From: Candidatus Levyibacteriota bacterium
GTDB taxonomy: Bacteria; Patescibacteriota; Microgenomatia; Levybacterales; UBA12049
Reading direction: 5' to 3'
DNA length: 64,000 bases
Assembly: GCA_027459745.1 (NCBI GenBank)
Contig: DAIDHL010000002.1
Span: 191,310-255,309, forward strand
Shown here: piece by piece, positions 1 through 7,246 of the stretch
Position numbering within the stretch: position 1 is the stretch's first letter
Layout: the number at the start of each line of letters is the position of its first letter
The notes under the pieces: generated by a model
What the model saw: the letters and a program-made list of their open reading frames with translations, nothing else
Told to the model about the DNA's origin: nothing
Databases searched by the model: none
Program-made: the position numbers and the translations under genes

Positions 1-10
1 ACATATTAAT

Positions 11-1807
11 TTGGGGTTAGATAAGATGTTTGCAATTCTAAATTTTTCTGTCGGTAACTCTTTTAATAATATTCCTTCAGTTTCTTCATTGTTATTTGTT
101 TTAGTAAGTGCTGCGTTACTTACGTTAAATATAAAGATTTTAAACCATCGTGTAAGTCAATTTTTCATTTTAATGGGGGGTATAATTTTAAGTCCGACCA
201 TTATCGGGTATGTCTATAACATGCAATTTGTCTACAAAAGTTATATGGAGCCATCTCTGCTTAGTGCGAGTTCTTTTTTATTACTGCTGATAGGACTATT
301 TTTTGTGTTGCCCGAAAAGGGAGTAATGAGAATTGTCATAAGTGAAAGTGCAGGAGGTCTAATGGCGAGAAGACTCTTGTTTTTAACTACTCTGACACCC
401 TTATTACTTGGAGCAATAATTTTAGCTGGTTATAGAGTTGGTTGGTACGATACGGATTATCGATATTTATTATTAATAATGACCACTATTATTGTATATA
501 CACTTTTGATTTGGAGGAATGCAACAGATTTAGATAAAATAGATATTGAAAGACGACGTTCGGTAAAACATATGATTTTTTTGGCCGCGGTAAGCCAAGT
601 TCTTTCAACGTCTCTAAATTATCGTACTACTCTAAGAAACGTTGCTCAATTAGCAATTGGACATATTGCTAATTGGTGCATAATCGATATTATAAATTCT
701 AATAATGCAATAGAAACTGTTACTATTGCGCACGCCGATGCTAAAAAAATTGCTTGGGCGGAAAGGATGCGCAATGCATTTCCTTCAATCTTAAAGAATG
801 AACAAATTATAAGAAGAGTAACAAAAGCTCGTAAATCAGAGTTGTATCCTTTTATAACGAGTCAAATGTTGGCAGAAGGAATTAAAGATAAAAAAACATT
901 AAAGATCGTAACCGAACTCAATCTGCAATCGGTTATGATTGTGCCTCTTTTTTCTCAAAAAAAAGCGTTAGGGACTATGACTTTTTTAAGTACGAATCCT
1001 AATATGCGCTATACAGAAATGGAGTTAGCAATTGCAGAGGAGCTATCTGCACGCGCGTCATTGGCGATAGAAAATGCTCGACTTTATCGCCAAGCCCAGA
1101 ATGCAACTAAACTTAGAGACGAATTTATAAGTATTGCTTCTCATGAATTAAAAACCCCTCTGACCAGTTTGAAGGTTTATGTCCAAGTAATTAATAAACA
1201 ATTACAGAAAAAAGACTTGTTGATAGAAAATAACTATCTTCAACGCATGGATACGCAAATAGATAAATTGAGCAAGTTGATAGAAGATTTACTCAATATT
1301 TCACGCATTAGAGTAGGGAAAATGATGTTTGAATATAAAAACTTTTCTCTAGCAGATCTTACAAAAGAAATTATAGAAATGATACAACCAACCTTAGAAA
1401 AACATAAATTATCATTTAATATAGTTAGCGATTCTATTGTTAATGGGGATAAGGATAGGATTGGACAAATAATTATTAATTTAATTACCAATGCTATTAA
1501 GTACTCTCCTAATGCGGATAAGGTAAAAGTGACTGTAGCTGCCTTAGAAAAAAATAAATGTATTGTTTCTGTAGAGGATTTCGGAATCGGTATAGATAAA
1601 AAACACATTTCCAAAATATTTAATCGTTTTTATCAGATCAAGGATAAAGAAGCTAGAGGAATACCGGGTTTGGGTATTGGTCTTTATTTGTCTCATGAAA
1701 TTGCACAACGCCATGATGGAGAGATACGCATTCAAAGTAAGAAAGGTAAAGGATCAATCTTTTCTTTGATATTACCTTGTCAACAAAATTTAAAGCTGAC
1801 TAAATAA
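11..1807 (+). CDS. Membrane sensor histidine kinase (N-terminal TM region, GAF-like domain, HisKA, HATPase_c)
   Basis: The ORF is 598 aa with a hydrophobic N-terminus. The H-box ASHELKTPLTSL is typical of a HisKA dimerisation domain. The C-terminus carries N, G1 and G2 boxes (NLITNAIKYSP, EDFGIGI, GLGIGLYLSHEI). The TTG at 11 may not be the true start; an ATG at 26 is an alternative. No cognate response regulator lies inside the window. Confidence 0.75.
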   Translation: MGLDKMFAILNFSVGNSFNNIPSVSSLLFVLVSAALLTLNIKILNHRVSQFFILMGGIILSPTIIGYVYNMQFVYKSYMEPSLLSASSFLLLLIGLFFVLPEKGVMRIVISESAGGLMARRLLFLTTLTPLLLGAIILAGYRVGWYDTDYRYLLLIMTTIIVYTLLIWRNATDLDKIDIERRRSVKHMIFLAAVSQVLSTSLNYRTTLRNVAQLAIGHIANWCIIDIINSNNAIETVTIAHADAKKIAWAERMRNAFPSILKNEQIIRRVTKARKSELYPFITSQMLAEGIKDKKTLKIVTELNLQSVMIVPLFSQKKALGTMTFLSTNPNMRYTEMELAIAEELSARASLAIENARLYRQAQNATKLRDEFISIASHELKTPLTSLKVYVQVINKQLQKKDLLIENNYLQRMDTQIDKLSKLIEDLLNISRIRVGKMMFEYKNFSLADLTKEIIEMIQPTLEKHKLSFNIVSDSIVNGDKDRIGQIIINLITNAIKYSPNADKVKVTVAALEKNKCIVSVEDFGIGIDKKHISKIFNRFYQIKDKEARGIPGLGIGLYLSHEIAQRHDGEIRIQSKKGKGSIFSLILPCQQNLKLTK

Positions 1808-1892
1808 TCTGTCTTACTTTATCCTTACCTTATTTATACTCGCTTTTAGAATACCTGTTTTAACATTATTTATATGAGAAAGGAGGTGGGAT

Positions 1893-2135
1893 ATGGGTTT
1901 AATAGCTTGGATAATTTTAGGAGCGATAGCTGGCTATCTGGCTTCTGTTATCATGAAGTCTGGTCATGGCATCTTGGCTGATATAATTCTAGGAATAATC
2001 GGTGGATTAGTGGGGGGATTCCTCATGAACCTATTGGGACAGCCAGGAGTGAGTGGTTTTAATTTATACAGTTTGATTGTTGCCTTAGTCGGAGCAATCG
2101 TTCTGATTTGGATAGGAAGAGTAGTCTATCATTAA
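1893..2135 (+). CDS. GlsB/YeaQ/YmgE family (transglycosylase-associated) small membrane protein
   Basis: The 80-aa product has the characteristic G-rich two-to-three helix pattern MGLIAWIILGAIAGYLAS...IILGIIGGLVGGFL. A strong SD (aaggaggtgg) sits 6-10 nt upstream. Confidence 0.7.
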   Translation: MGLIAWIILGAIAGYLASVIMKSGHGILADIILGIIGGLVGGFLMNLLGQPGVSGFNLYSLIVALVGAIVLIWIGRVVYH

Positions 2136-2262
2136 GTTAATTAGTTTTTCTGATAAAAGAGGAATGTGAAGTCATATTCCTCTTTTTTTGCCTCATCTGT
2201 TCTTACTCGTTACTTACTCAATTTTAATTGCTTTTAAACGGTAGTAATTTAGAATTAAATTA

Positions 2263-2583
2263 ATGGTAGGTGCATTAATCATAATTTTGGCTATTCTGTG
2301 GTTCTTGGGTTATATTCATATTGGTGGGGTAGCAGTGCCCAATATACCTCTTTTTACACTTAATAGTCAGGTAATCACACTCTGGGATGTGTTGATTTTG
2401 CTGGTTTTGGCTACAATCGTAGGAGTATTACCATCTCCTTTTAGACAGATTGCAGGAGTAATTTTAATCTTCTGGATTCTGTCTGTATTAGGAATTCTGG
2501 TATTTGCCGGATTATCAAGTCTGTTAGTATTAGCTGTTGTTGTAGGATTAATATTTTACGCTCTTGGGGGCGCATTTCTATAA
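2263..2583 (+). CDS. Hypothetical small polytopic membrane protein
   Basis: The 106-aa product is almost entirely hydrophobic, with 3-4 predicted helices. No family signature was recognised. Confidence 0.4.
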   Translation: MVGALIIILAILWFLGYIHIGGVAVPNIPLFTLNSQVITLWDVLILLVLATIVGVLPSPFRQIAGVILIFWILSVLGILVFAGLSSLLVLAVVVGLIFYALGGAFL

Positions 2584-2604
2584 TTAATATTCTTAATTGG
2601 TGCT

Positions 2605-3225
2605 TTATAAAATTGTCAAAAGTTTTTGCATATCTTCCATTAAGGTTTTCTTTAAACTGCCGGTATATAAAGCAGCAGCAGGATGGTAAAGGGGAAAAAT
2701 TATGACTTCTCCATACTCTGTTTTAGCTTTTATCGATCTGCCATGTAGTCTAGTAATAGTTTGTCCGGATTCGGGTAGATTAAATTTATCCAAAATATAC
2801 TGCATAGAAAATCTACCTAGGGTAGCTATGATTTTAGGTTGAATAATATTAATTTGTTCATCCAAAAAAGGTGAATAAAGCTTTATTTCTTCTGGAGACG
2901 GATCTCGATTTTTGGGTGGACGATCCTTTACGATATTAGAAATATATACATCTGCTCTTTTTAGATTTATTGATTCTAGGAGTTGATCTAATAATTTACC
3001 TGCAGCCCCGCAAAATGGTCTACCTGTTTGTGCTTCTTTTTCTCCCGGAGCTTCACCGATAAACATAATTTTTGCATCATGAGCGCCTTCACCAATTACA
3101 GGATAGTAGTGATTTTCCGTTCGGTAGGAGTAAAGTGGGGATTCTTTAAGAATCCAAATTCTACCCAAAATATTTTTAAGTTTTTTATCTCGCTTTAAAA
3201 GCTCTGCGTTATTAACCATTTGCAA
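2605..3225 (-). CDS. Uracil-DNA glycosylase, family 4-like (UDG superfamily)
   Basis: Motif A GEAPGEKE with F-C-G-A-A-G and motif B HPAAALY are present at the expected spacing for family 4/5 UDGs. The product is 206 aa. The N-terminal Fe-S cysteines are missing, so this may be the SPO1-type subgroup. Confidence 0.7.
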   Translation of the reverse strand: MQMVNNAELLKRDKKLKNILGRIWILKESPLYSYRTENHYYPVIGEGAHDAKIMFIGEAPGEKEAQTGRPFCGAAGKLLDQLLESINLKRADVYISNIVKDRPPKNRDPSPEEIKLYSPFLDEQINIIQPKIIATLGRFSMQYILDKFNLPESGQTITRLHGRSIKAKTEYGEVIIFPLYHPAAALYTGSLKKTLMEDMQKLLTIL

Positions 3226-3260
3226 TTAATTCATATACTGTATATCATTTGAAGTAATTT

Positions 3261-4250
3261 ATGCAACATAAATATTTTTATACGATTGAAGCCAAAGACG
3301 AGGCTGATTTGGGCCGACAGAAAGGAGAGCTATTTGGGGATGTTGCTAGGGAGACTTTGCACAAACGGCAAGCAGAAAGGAACTGGTCTAAAAAAGTAGA
3401 ATTGGCCAAACATTATTATGATTTCACATTGGCTCATTTTCCACAGTATATTGAAGAAATAAAAGCTTATGCCAAAGCGTCTAATATCTCACTTGCCGAC
3501 TTTTGGCTATTGAGCTTAGAAATAGAGTTAGATTATATGGATAGCGAAAAATGCTCAACTATTGTTACCAATGGAGGTAAGTTGCTCTCACATAACGAGG
3601 ATTGGGAAAGAGGTTCGGAGGACAAAATTTGTATCGTTAAAAAAACTATTCATGGATTAACTACTTTAGAATTTTTTTATTACAATACCTTAGGTAATGC
3701 GTCAGTATGTATTAGCTCGAATGGCTATGTGATGACTTTGAATGACTTAGAATCCACAGACCGACAAATTGGTATTCCCCGTAATGTTATTGCTCGTTGG
3801 TTATCAGAAACAAAAGATCTAAAATCTGATTTTAACAAGATGCAGACTTTAAAGAGGGCTTCAGGGTATAATCATATTTTTATAACCACACATGGCCAAA
3901 CATGGAATTTGGAAAGCAGCGCCACGCAGTCTGTTCTCTATCAACCAGAATTACCTTATGCCCATACAAATCATTTTATAACAAAGGAGTTAGTTAAATA
4001 TGAAGCACCCGGTGATCCAGGTAGCACCTATAATCGCCTGGATTCTGCCTGTAAGTTAATGAAGTCTCAGATGTCAGTTGAAGAAATAAAGAAATTAAAT
4101 AGTGATAATAGTTTAGGTGAAGACCAAAGCTTATTTAATGAAAGAACAATAGGCAGATTTATTGTAGATTTAGAGAAAAAGAATGCGTATATCTGGCTAA
4201 AAAGAGAAGCAGAAAAAGACTGGATAGCATACCCACTAGATTTTATCTAA
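3261..4250 (+). CDS. C45-family Ntn-hydrolase-like protein (acyl-CoA:6-aminopenicillanic-acid acyltransferase/peptidase C45-like)
   Basis: The 329-aa product has an EKCSTIV motif (candidate nucleophile Cys after autoproteolysis) followed by SHNEDWE. Both resemble the C45 family signature. This is a weak, motif-level call. Confidence 0.4.
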   Translation: MQHKYFYTIEAKDEADLGRQKGELFGDVARETLHKRQAERNWSKKVELAKHYYDFTLAHFPQYIEEIKAYAKASNISLADFWLLSLEIELDYMDSEKCSTIVTNGGKLLSHNEDWERGSEDKICIVKKTIHGLTTLEFFYYNTLGNASVCISSNGYVMTLNDLESTDRQIGIPRNVIARWLSETKDLKSDFNKMQTLKRASGYNHIFITTHGQTWNLESSATQSVLYQPELPYAHTNHFITKELVKYEAPGDPGSTYNRLDSACKLMKSQMSVEEIKKLNSDNSLGEDQSLFNERTIGRFIVDLEKKNAYIWLKREAEKDWIAYPLDFI

Positions 4251-4558
4251 CTTTTATATTTCAGCCACTTATTTTGTACAGCTTTTTCAATGTCGATATT
4301 ATGATACCTTGCTATTAGCAGTGTTTGTGAAAAGACATCAGCAATCTCATCAGCTAAATCTTTACGTAATTCTAAGGTAGATTTATCTTTAATTCTACTT
4401 TGTTTTTGTAAACTTAAATAGGCTTTGGTTAGTTCTCCTACTTCTTCTTGTAATTTTAAAATGTACCAATCTTTATTACGTGTGATAGAAAATCTTTCAG
4501 TATAAATTCTAGAAATATATTCAACTTCCTCGGAGATTTTTGCGAGTGTAACTTTCAT
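4247..4558 (-). CDS. MazG-like nucleotide pyrophosphohydrolase domain protein
   Basis: The 103-aa product carries the EExGE...E..D metal-binding pattern (LQEEVGELTKA ... DEIADVF) of all-alpha NTP pyrophosphatases. It sits 2 bp downstream of lexA on the same strand, so the two form an operon. Confidence 0.55.
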   Translation of the reverse strand: MKVTLAKISEEVEYISRIYTERFSITRNKDWYILKLQEEVGELTKAYLSLQKQSRIKDKSTLELRKDLADEIADVFSQTLLIARYHNIDIEKAVQNKWLKYKS

Positions 4559-4559
4559 A

Positions 4560-5132
4560 TTAATGATATTTACGAATCACACTAATGACGACTCCACCAA
4601 TCATTAGGTCTCCTTTAGGAAAAATCAGAGGATAGTTTGGATTTGCAGGAACCAAGTGTACACCAGCATTATTTTTACGATAATATTTAATAGTCCATTC
4701 ATTATCAACACAAGCGGCTACCACATCGCCATTTTGTGGAGTTCGGTATTTATCAACAATTACCACATCTCCCTCATTGATGCCTTCCTCAATCATTGAA
4801 TCACCTTTTACAATAAGTGAAAAAATTGCTCCGGGAAGATTGAGCAAATATTCATATAGGTCGACGCTGTCATCGGCAAGCGCTTCCCCTGGGGTGGGAT
4901 ATCCTGCCTTGATAATTCCCAATTGAGGAATTGAGAATAAGCGCTTGGGAGAAAGTTTACCCTTGCTGTCTTTCTCCAACAGACCAGCTTCAATTAATTT
5001 ATTGACCAAGTCGAAAACTGCCTTTTTCGAAGCAAAACCAAATATTATACACATTTCAGCATAAGAGGGGAGACGTCTTTGCTGAATAAAGAATTTTTTA
5101 AGTTTATTACTAGCAGATTCGATTGTCATCAA
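4560..5132 (-). CDS. lexA: LexA repressor (wHTH + S24 peptidase)
   Basis: The N-terminal winged-HTH is followed by the A-G cleavage site (IKAG) and the S24 catalytic Ser and Lys (GDSM ... VIRKY). Start is TTG or the adjacent ATG. Confidence 0.8.
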   Translation of the reverse strand: MMTIESASNKLKKFFIQQRRLPSYAEMCIIFGFASKKAVFDLVNKLIEAGLLEKDSKGKLSPKRLFSIPQLGIIKAGYPTPGEALADDSVDLYEYLLNLPGAIFSLIVKGDSMIEEGINEGDVVIVDKYRTPQNGDVVAACVDNEWTIKYYRKNNAGVHLVPANPNYPLIFPKGDLMIGGVVISVIRKYH

Positions 5133-5140
5133 AAATAATA

Positions 5141-5166
5141 TACAGTAAACAATCGTTCACTGTCAA
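5141..5166. promoter_or_regulatory. Putative LexA operator (Cheo-box-like GAAC-N4-GTTY inside an ACAGT..ACTGT palindrome)
   Basis: The sequence tACAGTAAACAATCGTTCACTGTc lies 10-35 bp upstream of the lexA start. On the gene strand the core reads GAACGATTGTTT, one mismatch from GAAC-N4-GTTC. Confidence 0.4.
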
Positions 5167-5235
5167 TAGACAAAATTAATACCTACTAGTTGTGGAGTTG
5201 CAATGAAAACCCACAGTTGGTAAAATACTTTTCCT

Positions 5236-5523
5236 ATGAAATTACCTATAAAAGATGAATTGAGGTATTGGTCTGAACCGCGCAAAGAAGGTTTAAGATT
5301 AGCCCAAAGAGATTTGGAGATTGCCGCTCATGTAAAAAGACTTAATATTTCCAGCTCTGCACGTCCAGAACCCCGGAGTGTTGGTTTATACAAAAATTTA
5401 GAGACAACAGTGTTTCAAAGACCTGTAAGTATAAAACCTTTTGATAGAACAAGCTACACAGAGGTATTAGTAAGAGCACATCAGCTTAGCAAAAAACAAA
5501 ATGATAGCGGAACTGGGAAATAA
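5236..5523 (+). CDS. Hypothetical protein
   Basis: A 95-aa ORF with no recognisable motif. It lies in the lexA/HxlR intergenic space and may not be real. Confidence 0.25.
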   Translation: MKLPIKDELRYWSEPRKEGLRLAQRDLEIAAHVKRLNISSSARPEPRSVGLYKNLETTVFQRPVSIKPFDRTSYTEVLVRAHQLSKKQNDSGTGK

Positions 5524-5534
5524 GAGGGCAGTGT

Positions 5535-5831
5535 TTACTCTTTCATTCCCCATTTCTCCATATCATCAATTACGGTTTTCAGTGATGTGCCTCTCTTGGT
5601 TAAAGAATATTCTACATGTAAAGGTATTTCTGCAAATACTTTTTTGTGCACGATGCCATGCTTCTCTAATTGTTGCAACCTAAGGGATAAAGTTTTAGGG
5701 CTTATTCCATTCAATGACCTTTGTAGTTCTCCGAAGCGTTTAGTACCCGAACACAATTGATGCAAAATCAAAATAGTCCATTTACTGCCGATAATTTTTA
5801 ATGTCTTAGTTACGCCACAATGTTTTCTCAT
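5535..5831 (-). CDS. HxlR-family winged-helix transcriptional regulator
   Basis: The HxlR-type signature is present: C..T...IGSKWTILIL..L..G..RFGELQR...GISPKTLS..L..LE..GIV.K......P..VEYSLT..G. Confidence 0.75.
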   Translation of the reverse strand: MRKHCGVTKTLKIIGSKWTILILHQLCSGTKRFGELQRSLNGISPKTLSLRLQQLEKHGIVHKKVFAEIPLHVEYSLTKRGTSLKTVIDDMEKWGMKE

Positions 5832-5906
5832 AAAAATATTTAATCATACTATACAAAATGTAACTACTTTACAAAAGGAAGTATAGATGATATTCTATCA
5901 CAAGTT

Positions 5907-6530
5907 ATGAAAGATTGGAAACAAATACCAGACGATAAAACGTTAGAAACAACTGCGGAAAAACTCACAGCTAATGGATTCAATAGTATCATCGTAAAAA
6001 ATGGGGAAGAGGCAAAGAAAAAAGCTTTAGAATTAATTCCTGAAGGTTCAGAAGTCATGACTATGACTTCAATTACACTTGCAACATTGGGTTTAAATGA
6101 AGTGTTTGACGAGTCGGGTAAGTACGAATCAGTTAAAGCTCGATTGAATAAAATGGATCGCAGTACCCAGGGTTTAGAAATGCAAAAATTAGGTGCGGCA
6201 CCAGAATACTCTATTGGCAGTGTGCATGCGGTAACTCAGGATGGCAAAGTTTTAATTGCTTCAAACTCAGGTAGTCAGTTGCCAGGGTATGTATATGGAT
6301 CGTCTCATGTAGTGTGGATAGTAGGAGCGCAGAAGATAGTCAAAGACATTGCAGAAGGAGAGCAAAGGATCAAAGAATATATAGTTCCTATTGAATCTGT
6401 AAGAGCACGCAAGGCTTATGGATTGCCTGAAGATTGGAACACTTTCGTTAGTAAATTAGTTATATATAATAGAGAGGTAAATCCTTCTCGTATTAATTTA
6501 ATTATCGTTAAAGAAATCTTAGGCTTCTAA
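5907..6530 (+). CDS. LUD-domain (DUF162, LutC/YkgG-like) protein
   Basis: The 207-aa product has a central SxxGxxAxxxDGKVLIASNSG ... HVVWIVGAQKIV pattern that resembles lactate-utilisation LUD domains. It is divergent from the HxlR gene. Confidence 0.4.
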   Translation: MKDWKQIPDDKTLETTAEKLTANGFNSIIVKNGEEAKKKALELIPEGSEVMTMTSITLATLGLNEVFDESGKYESVKARLNKMDRSTQGLEMQKLGAAPEYSIGSVHAVTQDGKVLIASNSGSQLPGYVYGSSHVVWIVGAQKIVKDIAEGEQRIKEYIVPIESVRARKAYGLPEDWNTFVSKLVIYNREVNPSRINLIIVKEILGF

Positions 6531-6664
6531 AGATATTAGTTTTCACGGGCAGCTGTTTCTTATTTAATTCTTACAATCTTCCAACATTACTTTGTTTTAA
6601 CGCTTGTAATAATATTCATATTAAATCCTCTACTAGCTTAACTAAACTAAATATAGTGATTAAT

Positions 6665-6823
6665 ATGCAACATATTGAAAATGATTCTAATAGTAGTTTG
6701 TTTATCGGTTTGATTGTTCTGATAATTGCAATAGCTTTTTTAATGATTTATGGATTATCCCACCTAAACAACAGTACATCGTTAACTGGATTAGGATTGA
6801 ATTCTCAAGTTTTTTTCTCCTGA
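6665..6823 (+). CDS. Possible 52-aa single-TM small protein (MQHIENDSNSSLFIGLIVLIIAIAFLMIYGL...)
   Basis: This is the only plausible ORF in the 680-bp AT-rich gap. It falls below the ORF-track cutoff and is speculative. Confidence 0.2.
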   Translation: MQHIENDSNSSLFIGLIVLIIAIAFLMIYGLSHLNNSTSLTGLGLNSQVFFS

Positions 6824-7155
6824 TTTCTTTCATCTTCCTTACAGAAAATTAGTTTATTTATCATATACAGGGTTTATTATTGTTTCATAATAATAATTAA
6901 CATATTTAAGAATGTTAATTATATTACTGAGACATCTGCATTCCAAAACGACCCAACATTAACGTTTGGTTAATGCAAGTCCAGTAATAATGAATCAGGC
7001 AGGTTTATTATTACAATAATATAATTTAGTTATTATATGACACAATTTATTGAATGGGTAAATAAACAGGTATATCAGATCTTAAGTGCATTTATTACAG
7101 TATTTTCAGCACCAATACAATAAGCGAGTGCTACAATTCGTTAGTAATAAACGGA

Positions 7156-7187
7156 GGAGAGAAGGGGGGCAGCTTCTCTCCTTTTTT
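7156..7187 (+). terminator. Rho-independent terminator (GGAGAGAAG-loop-CTTCTCTCC + T6)
   Basis: A perfect 9-bp stem with an 8-nt loop is followed by TTTTTT. It lies about 25 bp upstream of the clpB promoter. The unit it terminates is unannotated. Confidence 0.6.
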
Positions 7188-7210
7188 GTAATCAATTATC
7201 TAGATAGCAC

Positions 7211-7239
7211 TTGACACCTCATACTGCTAATGCAATAAT
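7211..7239 (+). promoter_or_regulatory. Putative sigma-70-like promoter of clpB (TTGACA-N17-AATAAT)
   Basis: A perfect -35 is followed by a 17-nt spacer and a 5/6 -10. The predicted TSS falls at or next to the ATG at 7247, so the mRNA may be leaderless. Confidence 0.35.
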
Positions 7240-7246
7240 AGGGAAT

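Noticed and set aside
1240-1735. Antisense ORFs inside the histidine-kinase gene (124 and 63 aa)
   Set aside because: They overlap a well-supported CDS on the opposite strand, show no motifs, and arise from AT-rich codon bias. The same holds for the other antisense track ORFs, for example 7258-7782, 8839-9141, 18200-18490, 27102-27616, 30179-30419, 38083-38849, 49306-49919, 51315-51768, 52693-53245, 53239-53508, 54200-54457, 56407-56926, 57096-57368, 57693-58088, 60277-61330 and 62959-63231.
3226-3260. E. coli-type SOS half-site TACTGTATAT between the UDG and C45-like genes
   Set aside because: Only one half of the CTGT-N8-ACAG palindrome is present. The gammaproteobacterial motif is also not expected for this lineage. 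The Cheo-like box upstream of lexA is the better candidate.
5501-6058. Overlapping small ORFs 5501-5683 (+) and 5864-6058 (-)
   Set aside because: They overlap the HxlR and LUD-domain genes on the opposite strands and have no motifs. They are likely spurious.
7108-7138. CIRCE-like inverted repeat (AGCACC...GAGTGCTA) upstream of clpB
   Set aside because: Only about 6/9 matches per arm, and the spacer is 11 nt where CIRCE has 9. No hrcA is in view. It is too degenerate to call an HrcA operator.
6531-7210. tRNA, rRNA or other structured RNA genes in the large intergenic regions (also 29970-30148, 37914-38061, 46295-46466, 62060-62209)
   Set aside because: No GC-rich cloverleaf-compatible segments, no CCA-adjacent acceptor stems, and no rRNA-like conserved blocks are visible by eye. 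Only AT-rich promoter-like sequence and simple hairpins were found. A covariance-model scan would be needed to exclude small ncRNAs.
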